A stretch of DNA of 64,000 nucleotides from Schmidtea polychroa (lineage: Eukaryota): NCBI GenBank assembly GCA_044892525.1, contig CM097885.1:55986001-56050000 (forward strand), given 5' to 3'. Shown piece after piece: positions 27,232-39,200 of the stretch. The notes below the pieces were generated by a model. The model made no database searches, was not told the origin of the DNA, and was given only the letters and a program-made list of their open reading frames with translations. The stretch's first letter is position 1. Every line of letters begins with the position of its first letter. Made by a program: the position numbers and the translations under genes.

Positions 27232-30200
27232 TTAATTCAATTGTCTTTTGCATATAAATCTTTGTTTCATTTCACAATTTGTCAATTTTGTTGTTAGCTT
27301 GTTATTAACCTTTCCAATAAATGGGCACAAGTGAGATTGATTATCATTTTTATCGGTTTTACTGTAAAATAGTTAATTAAAAATAGTTAATAATAAATGT
27401 TGCTTACATGACAGATTCTTGATTGTTATTACCCAAAATCATCATGTTGTACATTAATGCTTTTTTGAGAGCTTCAATCGACTGGTTCAGTAATTCGACA
27501 TTCATTTTTGCTTGAGATTCGTCTGGATAATTTAATCCAGCTGATCTTCTCATTCTCGATCTGGCATGAACTACAATGTTTTTCACCCATGTTCTTTTTG
27601 CTGAATCATAAACATAACCGTTTTTAATCGCGTCATTAATTTTTGTAAATATTTGGAAAATTTGTTCAAACCAATTAACGAGTTGAATTTCTAGTTTTTC
27701 AAATTGCCCACTTTCAACAATTGATATAATTTCCTTAACATCTTTTTCAACTTGTTGGCGGTTATTTTCATCAATATATGCTAAATAGGATTCCCACTTC
27801 CATTCATGTAATTGTTTGACATTACTTTTTAATTTATCGAGTGAACCTTTATTGAGAATAACTTCTTTCTTTAATTTGATTTCTTCTTCAGATATTAAGC
27901 TAATAATTTTTTGCAATTCTTCAATCCAATCAAAATTAATTTTTTGATATTCCTTGGATTCCATCATAGACAAAAGCATTTTAATACGCCCAATCCATAA
28001 ATTATGATCCACTCCTTTAATGCGTCTAACAAGTTCTATCCAATTTCCAGGCAACTTGATCTGTATTTTCTTAATGATGTCTTTTCTACTTGATGTGAAT
28101 TTCGTTACCCTTATCTGTTGTAATGTCGTGATTATTTGACCGATATAGTTAACTAGATCTATCTCAATGTTTTCATACTTTTTGTTTTCTACATTATAAA
28201 TGAACTCGTTGATCTTTTTAATGACTTCTGGTCGACTGTTTTCATCAATATATTGCATCAATTCTAACCATTTTAGTTCATTCAACATGACTATGTATTT
28301 ATCTGAAGTTTTGATAATAACGTCAAGATTTTGTTTTTTAATTTCCTCATTCTTAATGTGAATGATTCTTACTTGTTTTAATGTGCTTAAAATTTGGGCG
28401 ATAAAATTTATTAAATCAGCATCGATTTTTTCATATTCTTTATTTTTAACATAGACAATGAACATTTTTATTTTGTTGACAACTTCCGGTCGATTGCTTT
28501 CATCAATGTATTTCATTAATACTTCCCATTCCAATTCGTTTAATACGTTAATATAACTGTTTGATGTTTCGGTTATTATTTTCAAATTTTCTTCTGTTAC
28601 TTTTGCGTTTTTATTATGAACATGTCTAACCTTTCTCAATGTATCTATAATTGTAGTTAGCCAGTTGATTAGATCCACATCTATCTTTTCATATTGGTTA
28701 CTTTGAACAAATGTGATAAATGTCTTTATTTTCTTGATCACTTCGGGCCGACTGCTTTCATCTATGTATTTCACTAATTCTTCCCAGTTTAATTCTATCA
28801 AGAAATTAATGTATTTGTTTGATGTTTCAGTTATTGTTTTCAAATTTTCTTCTGTTACTTTCGCGTTTTTATTATGAACCTCTCTAACCTTTCTCAATGT
28901 ATTTATAATTGTAGTTAGCCAGTTGATTAGATCTATATCTATCTTTTCATATTGCTTACTCTGAATTAGTGTGATAAAAGTTTTGATTTTGTTGATCACT
29001 TCTGGTCTATTACTTTCATCTATGTATTTAACCAGTTCTTCCCACTTCAATTCATTTAGAATGACAATATACTTATTTGACGTATCAGTGATTGTTTTAC
29101 GATTTTCTTCTTTTGTTTTTTCATTGGTTATATGAACTTCTTTAACTTGTCTCAATGTAGTTAAGATTTTCGTTAGCCAGTTGATTAGATCCACATCTAT
29201 CTTTTCATATTGCTTATTTTGAACAAATGTGATAAATGTCTTTATTTTCTTGATCACTTCAGAACGATTGGTTTCATCTATATATTTCATTAGTTCTTCC
29301 CAATTTAATTCTATCAAGAAATTGATGTATTTGTTTGATGTTTCAGTTATTGTTTTCAAATTTTCTTCTGTTACTTTCGCGTTTTTATTATGAACCTCTC
29401 TAACCTTTCTCAATGTATTTATAATTGTAGTTAGCCAGTTGATTAGATCTACATCTATCTTTTCATATTGCTTACTCTGAATTAGTGTGATAAAAGTTTT
29501 GATTTTGTTGATCACTTCTGGTCTATTACTTTCATCTATGTATTTAACCAGTTCTTCCCACTTCAATTCATTTAGAATGACAATATACTTATTTGACGTA
29601 TCAGTGATTGTTTTACGATTTTCTTCTTTTGTTTTTTCATTGGTTATATGAACTTCTTTAACTTGTCTCAATGTAGTTAAGATTTTCGTTAGCCAGTTGA
29701 TTAGATCCACATCTATCTTTTCATATTGCTTATTTTGAACAAATGTGATAAATGTCTTTATTTTCTTGATCACTTCAGAACGATTGGTTTCATCTATATA
29801 TTTCATTAGTTCTTCCCAATTTAATTCTATCAAGAAATTGATGTATTTGTTTGATGTTTCAGTTATTGTTTTCAAATTTTCTTCTGTTACTTTCGCGTTT
29901 TTATTATGAACCTCTCTAACTTTTCTCAATGTATTTATAATTGTAGTTAGCCAGTTGATTAGATCCACATCTATCTTTTCATATTGCTTATTTTGAACAA
30001 GTGTGATAAATGTCTTTATTTTCTTGATCACTTCAGAACGATTGGTTTCATCTATGTATTTCACTAATTCTTCCCAGTTTAATTCTATCAAGAAATTAAT
30101 GTATTTGTTTGATGTTTCAGTTATTGTTTTCAAATTTTCTTCTGTAACTTTTCCGTTTTTAATATGAACTTCTCTAATTTTTCTCAATGTAGGTATAATT

Positions 30201-33200
30201 TCGGTTAACCAGTTGATTAGATCTACATCTATCTTTTCATATTGTTTGTTTTGAACGTATGTAATAAAGGTTTTTATTTTTTTTGTAAATTCTGGCCTAT
30301 TCTTTTCATCAATGTAGTTAATCAATTCCTCCCATTTTAAATCAATTAAGTAATTTACGTATTTATTTGATGTTTCTGTTATTATTTTTTTATTTTGAGT
30401 CGTCACTTCCTCATTTTTAATGTGAATGTTTTTAACATCTTTTAATGTTGTGATGATTCGAGTAATCCAATTTATTAAATCTGTGTCGATTTGTTCGAAT
30501 TGCTTATTTTGAACAAATTTGATAAATGTTTTAATTTTGTCAAATACTTCCGGTCTGCTTTTATCATCAATGTATTGCATAAGTTCTTCCCATTTCAATT
30601 CATTTAGTATCTGGATATATTGAATTGAAAGTTCAGTAATTACTTTAAGAATTTGTTGTTTATTATTTGCGTTTGTGATATTAATTTCTCTGATTCTTCT
30701 TAGCATGACAATTATCTGATTTACCCAGTTGAGTAATGTTGAATCAATTTCCTCGTACTTTTTGTTTTGAGCTAATATTATGAAGTTTTTTATTTTTTTA
30801 TTGATGTCAGGCTTGCTCTGTTCATCGATGTATTTCATGAGTTCTTCCCATTTTTCTTCATTCAAAATTTCCAAATAATTATCTGTCAATTTAATGATTC
30901 TTTCTTTGTAACTTAAATTTGCTTTTTCATTTTGAATTTTTATTTTAACTTCTCTTAATGTATTTATGATTTCAACAATCAAGTTAAGTAATTCAGAATC
31001 AATTTTCTCATATTGTTTGTTTTGAACAAGTGTGATAAAGGTCTTTATTTTCTTTGTCATTTCCGGTCTTTTGGTTTCTTCGATCTGTTTTACTAGTTCT
31101 TCCCAATTTAGTTCTATTAAGAAATTGACGTATTTAATAGATGTATCTGTTATTAATTTTCGATTATCGTTTGTAATTTTTTCATTTTTTACGTGAACCT
31201 CCTTGATTTGTCGCAAAATTATAATAATATGATTAATCCATTTTATCAAATCAGTGTCGATTTTTTCGTATTGCTTATTTTTAACAAAGGTTATGAAGGT
31301 ATTTATTTTATTTATCACCTCCGGCCTGTTACTTTGATCAATATACTTCACCAATTCTTCCCATTTAATCTCTACGAGCACATTAATGAATTTATTTGAT
31401 GTTTCAGTTATTTCTTTTAAATTTGCTTCTTCTGTTTTTGTGTTTTTGATTTGTACTTCTTTAACTTTCTTCAATGTGTTAATTATTTCAGTGATCCAGG
31501 TAATTAAATCTATATCAATTTTTTCAAATTGCTTATTTTCGACAAGAGTAATAAATGTTTTTATTTTATTTAATACTTCTAGTCTGTTGTCGATATTTTT
31601 AAGCAATTCTTCCCATTTCAATTCATTTAGAGTAATAAGCAAGTTATTCGACTTATCGGTTACTGTTTTAATGTCAACAATATTTTCTTCTGTAATTGGT
31701 ATTTCTTTCACTTTAAAGATTTTTTCTAATTCCTTTAACCAAATCAAATCAATTTTTTCTATTTCGTTTAACTTAACAAGTTTGATAATTGTATTAATTC
31801 TTTCTGTCCATTTCGCTTTATCAATATTTTTCGTTTCGTTAATTATTTTCAGCCAATTGGTATTGATAATTGGTTTCAATTTTTCTAAAGAATTTTCTTT
31901 TTGAATTTGTATCTCAAATTTAGGCAACTTATCCTTTATAACTTTTCTTATTGTTTTATAAATAACACGAATTTTTTTATATAAATTTTCATCTATTTTG
32001 TTAAATTTATTTTCTTTCACTAATTTTAAAACTATATCTATTTCTTTTTTAACGTTTTCTCTATCTTTTTCATCGATATTTTTGATAAGATCTGGCCAAT
32101 TCCACTTGATCAATCTATTGACAAATTTTTTGACATTTCTTGTAATAACTGTAATTGTTATTGGTCGCCTAGTAGTAGGTTTTCTGATAATCTTGATTAA
32201 TCTGTTGAATTTCTGTAACCATTTCAAATCAATTTTATCTGGTTGATTAAGTTTGATCAATTGAATGAGTTTATTAATGCGATTGGTCCATTTGACTTTA
32301 TCGATTCCTTTTGTTTCATTGATGACTTTCTGCCAGTTTGTATCGATGATGAGTTTAAGTTTGTTCAATAATTTTTCTTTTTGAACTTGGATTTCTATTT
32401 TTGGTTTTTTATTGTCTTTGATCTTTCGAATAGTTTTGAAGATGACTCGGATTCGTTTGTAAAGATTTTCATCGATTTCCTTGAATTTGTTTTCTTTTAC
32501 TAATTTCAATACTAATTCAATTTCTTTTTTAACGTTTTCTCTATCTTTTTCATCAATATTTTTGATAAGATCTGGCCAATTCCACTTGATCAATCTATTG
32601 ACAAATTTTTTGACATTTCTTGTAATAACTGTAATTGTTATTGGTCCCTTAGTAGTAGGCTTTCTGATAATCTTGATTAATCTGTTGAATTTCTGTAACC
32701 ATTTCAAATCAATTTTATCTGGTTGATTAAGTTTGATCAATTGAATGAGTTTATTAATGCGATTGGTCCATTTGACTTTATCGATTCCTTTTGTTTCATT
32801 GATGACTTTCTGCCAGTTTGTATCGATGATGAATTTAAGTTTGTTCAATAATTTTTCTTTTTGAACTTGGATTTCTATTTTTGGTTTTTTATTGTCTTTG
32901 ATCTTTCGAATAGTTTTGAAGATGACTCGGATTCGTTTGTAAAGATTTTCATCGATTTCCTTGAATTTGTTTTCTTTTACTAATTTCAATACTAATTCAA
33001 TTTCTTTTTTAACGTTTTCTCTATCTTTTTCATCAATATTTTTGATAAGATCTGGCCAATTCCACTTGATCAATCTATTGACAAATTTTTTGACATTTCT
33101 TGTAATAACTGTAATTGTTATTGGTCGCCTAGTAGTAGGTTTTCTGATAATCTTGATTAATCTGTTGAATTTCTGTAACCATTTCAAATCAATTTTATCT

Positions 33201-36200
33201 GGTTGATTAAGTTTGATCAATTGAATGAGTTTATTAATGCGATTGGTCCATTTGACTTTATCGATTCCTTTTGTTTCATTGATGACTTTCTGCCAGTTTG
33301 TATCGATGATGAATTTAAGTTTGTTCAATAATTTTTCTTTTTGAACTTGGATTTCTATTTTTGGTTTTTTATTGTCTTTGATCTTTCGAATAGTTTTGAA
33401 GATGACTCGGATTCGTTTGTAAAGATTTTCATCGATTTCCTTGAATTTGTTTTCTTTTACTAATTTCAATACTAATTCAATTTCTTTTTTAACGTTTTCT
33501 CTATCTTTTTCATCAATATTTTTGATAAGATCTGGCCAATTCCACTTGATCAATCTATTGACAAATTTTTTGACATTTCTTGTAATAACTGTAATTGTTA
33601 TTGGTCCCTTAGTAGTAGGCTTTCTGATAATCTTGATTAATCTGTTGAATTTCTGTAACCATTTCAAATCAATTTTATCTGGTTGATTAAGTTTGATCAA
33701 TTGAATGAGTTTATTAATGCGATTGGTCCATTTGACTTTATCGATTCCTTTTGTTTCATTGATGACTTTCTGCCAGTTTGTATCGATGATGAATTTAAGT
33801 TTGTTCAATAATTTTTCTTTTTGAACTTGGATTTCTATTTTTGGTTTTTTATTGTCTTTGATCTTTCGAATAGTTTTGAAGATGACTCGGATTCGTTTGT
33901 AAAGATTTTCATCGATTTCCTTGAATTTGTTTTCTATTACTAATTTCAATACTAATTCAATTTCTTTTTTAACGTTTTCTCTATCTTTTTCATCAATATT
34001 TTTGATAAGATCTGGCCAATTCCACTTGATCAATCTATTGACAAATTTTTTGACATTTCTTGTAATAACTGTAATTGTTATTGGTCGCCTAGTAGTAGGT
34101 TTTCTGATAATCTTGATTAATCTGTTGAATTTCTGTAACCATTTCAAATCAATTTTATCTGGTTGATTAAGTTTGATCAATTGAATGAGTTTATTAATGC
34201 GATTGGTCCATTTGACTTTATCGATTCCTTTTGTTTCATTGATGACTTTCTGCCAGTTTGTATCGATGATGAGTTTAAGTTTGTTCAATAATTTTTCTTT
34301 TTGAACTTGGATTTCTATTTTTGGTTTTTTATTGTCTTTGATCTTTCGAATAGTTTTGAAGATGACTCGGATTCTTTTATAAAGATTTTCATCGATTTCC
34401 TTGAATTTGTTTTCTTTTACTAATTTCAATACTAATTCAATTTCTTTTTTAACGTTTTCTCTATCTTTTTCATCAATATTTTTGATAAGATCTGGCCAAT
34501 TCCACTTGATCAATCTATTGACAAATTTTTTGACATTTCTTGTAATAACTGTAATTGTTATTGGTCGCCTAGTAGTAGGTTTTCTGATAATCTTGATTAA
34601 TCTGTTGAATTTCTGTAACCATTTCAAATCAATTTTATCTGGTTGATTAAGTTTGATCAATTGAATGAGTTTATTAATGCGATTGGTCCATTTGACTTTA
34701 TCGATTCCTTTTGTTTCATTGATGACTTTCTGCCAGTTTGTATCGATGATGAGTTTAAGTTTGTTCAATAATTTTTCTTTTTGAACTTGGATTTCTATTT
34801 TTGGTTTTTTATTGTCTTTGATCTTTCGAATAGTTTTGAAGATGACTCGGATTCGTTTGTAAAGATTTTCATCGATTTCCTTGAATTTGTTTTCTTTTAC
34901 TAATTTCAATACTAATTCAATTTCTTTTTTAACGTTTTCTCTATCTTTTTCATCAATATTTTTGATCAGATCTGGCCAATTCCACTTGATCAATCTATTG
35001 ACAAATTTTTTGACATTTCTTGTAATAACTGTAATTGTTATTGGTCCCTTAGTAGTAGGCTTTCTGATAATCTTGATTAATCTGTTGAATTTCTGTAACC
35101 ATTTCAAATCAATTTTATCTGGTTGATTAAGTTTGATCAATTGAATGAGTTTATTAATGCGATTGGTCCATTTGACTTTATCGATTCCTTTTGTTTCATT
35201 GATGACTTTCTGCCAGTTTGTATCGATGATGAATTTAAGTTTGTTCAATAATTTTTCTTTTTGAACTTGGATTTCTATTTTTGGTTTTTTATTGTCTTTG
35301 ATCTTTCGAATAGTTTTGAAGATGACTCGGATTCGTTTGTAAAGATTTTCATCGATTTCCTTGAATTTGTTTTCTTTTACTAATTTCAATACTAATTCAA
35401 TTTCTTTTTTAACGTTTTCTCTATCTTTTTCATCAATATTTTTGATAAGATCTGGCCAATTCCACTTGATCAATCTATTGACAAATTTTTTGACATTTCT
35501 TGTAATAACTGTAATTGTTATTGGTCGCCTAGTAGTAGGTTTTCTGATAATCTTGATTAATCTGTTGAATTTCTGTAACCATTTCAAATCAATTTTATCT
35601 GGTTGATTAAGTTTGATCAATTGAATGAGTTTATTAATGCGATTGGTCCATTTGACTTTATCGATTCCTTTTGTTTCATTGATGACTTTCTGCCAGTTTG
35701 TATCGATGATGAATTTAAGTTTGTTCAATAATTTTTCTTTTTGAACTTGGATTTCTATTTTTGGTTTTTTATTGTCTTTGATCTTTCGAATAGTTTTGAA
35801 GATGACTCGGATTCGTTTGTAAAGATTTTCATCGATTTCCTTGAATTTGTTTTCTTTTACTAATTTCAATACTAATTCAATTTCTTTTTTAACGTTTTCT
35901 CTATCTTTTTCATCAATATTTTTGATAAGATCTGGCCAATTCCACTTGATCAATCTATTGACAAATTTTTTGACATTTCTTGTAATAACTGTAATTGTTA
36001 TTGGTCCCTTAGTAGTAGGCTTTCTGATAATCTTGATTAATCTGTTGAATTTCTGTAACCATTTCAAATCAATTTTATCTGGTTGATTAAGTTTGATCAA
36101 TTGAATGAGTTTATTAATGCGATTGGTCCATTTGACTTTATCGATTCCTTTTGTTTCATTGATGACTTTCTGCCAGTTTGTATCGATGATGAATTTAAGT

Positions 36201-39200
36201 TTGTTCAATAATTTTTCTTTTTGAACTTGGATTTCTATTTTTGGTTTTTTATTGTCTTTGATCTTTCGAATAGTTTTGAAGATGACTCGGATTCGTTTGT
36301 AAAGATTTTCATCGATTTCCTTGAATTTGTTTTCTTTTACTAATTTCAATACTAATTCAATTTCTTTTTTAACGTTTTCTCTATCTTTTTCATCAATATT
36401 TTTGATAAGATCTGGCCAATTCCACTTGATCAATCTATTGACAAATTTTTTGACATTTCTTGTAATAACTGTAATTGTTATTGGTCGCCTAGTAGTAGGT
36501 TTTCTGATAATCTTGATTAATCTGTTGAATTTCTGTAACCATTTCAAATCAATTTTATCTGGTTGATTAAGTTTGATCAATTGAATGAGTTTATTAATGC
36601 GATTGGTCCATTTGACTTTATCGATTCCTTTTGTTTCATTGATGACTTTCTGCCAGTTTGTATCGATGATGAGTTTAAGTTTGTTCAATAATTTTTCTTT
36701 TTGAACTTGGATTTCTATTTTTGGTTTTTTATTGTCTTTGATCTTTCGAATAGTTTTGAAGATGACTCGGATTCTTTTATAAAGATTTTCATCGATTTCC
36801 TTGAATTTGTTTTCTTTTACTAATTTCAATACTAATTCAATTTCTTTTTTAACGTTTTCTCTATCTTTTTCATCAATATTTTTGATAAGATCTGGCCAAT
36901 TCCACTTGATCAATCTATTGACAAATTTTTTGACATTTCTTGTAATAACTGTAATTGTTATTGGTCGCCTAGTAGTAGGTTTTCTGATAATCTTGATTAA
37001 TCTGTTGAATTTCTGTAACCATTTCAAATCAATTTTATCTGGTTGATTAAGTTTGATCAATTGAATGAGTTTATTAATGCGATTGGTCCATTTGACTTTA
37101 TCGATTCCTTTTGTTTCATTGATGACTTTCTGCCAGTTTGTATCGATGATGAGTTTAAGTTTGTTCAATAATTTTTCTTTTTGAACTTGGATTTCTATTT
37201 TTGGTTTTTTATTGTCTTTGATCTTTCGAATAGTTTTGAAGATGACTCGGATTCGTTTGTAAAGATTTTCATCGATTTCCTTGAATTTGTTTTCTTTTAC
37301 TAATTTCAATACTAATTCAATTTCTTTTTTAACGTTTTCTCTATCTTTTTCATCAATATTTTTGATCAGATCTGGCCAATTCCACTTGATCAATCTATTG
37401 ACAAATTTTTTGACATTTCTTGTAATAACTGTAATTGTTATTGGTCGCCTAGTAGTAGGTTTTCTGATAATCTTGATTAATCTGTTGAATTTCTGTAACC
37501 ATTTCAAATCAATTTTATCTGGTTGATTAAGTTTGATCAATTGAATGAGTTTATTAATGCGATTGGTCCATTTGACTTTATCGATTCCTTTTGTTTCATT
37601 GATGACTTTCTGCCAGTTTGTATCGATGATGAGTTTAAGTTTGTTCAATAATTTTTCTTTTTGAACTTGGATTTCTATTTTTGGTTTTTTATTGTCTTTG
37701 ATCTTTCGAATAGTTTTGAAGATGACTCGGATTCGTTTGTAAAGATTTTCATCGATTTCCTTGAATTTGTTTTCTTTTACTAATTTCAATACTAATTCAA
37801 TTTCTTTTTTAACGTTTTCTCTATCTTTTTCATCAATATTTTTGATAAGATCTGGCCAATTCCACTTGATCAATCGGTTGACAAATTTTTTGACATTTCT
37901 TGTGATTATATTTATTGTTAGCGGTCTTTTTTTTTCGTTTCTGTATTTTATTTTCCTCAGAAATCTCACAATGAATCGCAGCCTTTGAATGAAATTATTA
38001 TCAATTTCCTTGTATCGTTTTTGATCTACAACTCCAATCATTTTTTCTATTGCGATGATCAAATTATTTCTTTCTTTTTGATCTACGAAATTCATTAGTT
38101 CAGGCCAATTCCATTTTTTTAATAGTTTTACATATCTTCCAATCAAAATAATTCTTCTTTCTGATATTATTGGTTTTATTTTTGTCACTTCTCTTATTTT
38201 CGTTATGATCGGTTTAAGTTCTAATAAGAATGTTGAATCTATTTCGTTGTAACGCTTGGCTTTTATTAATTCTATTACTTGTTTAAATCGAGGAATCCAT
38301 TTATCTTTTTCTACTCCTAATTTTTCCAGAATCTTAATCCAATCAATAGTTAATATCAATTTTATTTCACGTATAATTTCCGCTTTTTCTCTTCCCCCAT
38401 ATACTATATGAATTTTCCACAATCTCTTTAATATTCTTATTGCAAAGTTCACATTGTCTATTAATTCTAAATTAATTTTTTCGTGTTCATTATTTTTCAC
38501 TATTATTATCAATTCATTTAGAGCTTTGATTACTCTTTCTTTGTATTTTTCACTAACATATTGCAATAAATCTGTCCATTTGAATTTCAGTAACCAATCG
38601 ACATGATTTTTCCAGCTTACTAAAATCTTTTGTTTGTAGTTATGTTTACCGTGCATTTTTAGCCTTAATTTATAAATAATTTGTTTCCATTTTAACAGCA
38701 ATTTTGGATCTAGTCTATTAAATTGTTTGTTTTTAATTAAAAGCATAACTTTGTTCAATTTGTTTTTCCATAATATTCTTAATTTTGGATCAAGTTGATT
38801 TATATATCGTTTCATTTGTTCTTTTCCGAATTCATCAGTTAATATATTCCATCTCTCAAATGTATGAATGAATTTTCGATGAGTTCTTGTTCTACTTAAT
38901 ACTTTATATGTTCTTTTCCATTGTTTAACTGTACCTTCATTTAATTTACTGCCACCATCACTTATTTGTTTGAATACTTTTTCAATAGTTTGTCTCATTT
39001 CAGGTCTGTTTTCATTGGTAGATTTATCTATTAAATTCTGCCAATTCCAGTTTTTTACTTGTCGTACTGTTGTTACAAGTGAATGTCTATTCGGACGATG
39101 AATCTAGAGAAATAATTCAATTTTCAATTTATTTTTAGTTACAAATACCATAAATGATCTTCGTTTTCTGTTTAATATAATTGTTATTTTTCGTGGTTGC

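Noticed and set aside
10172-37988. Many 81-aa hydrophobic plus-strand ORFs (MNLFSFTNFNTNSISF...)
   Set aside because: Antisense shadows of the Lys/Ile/Asn-rich 480-bp coding repeat.
27404-38998. Assigning the giant proteins to nematode polyprotein allergens, spectrin or apolipophorin families
   Set aside because: Only architectural analogy; no recognisable family motifs, so no gene symbol is given.
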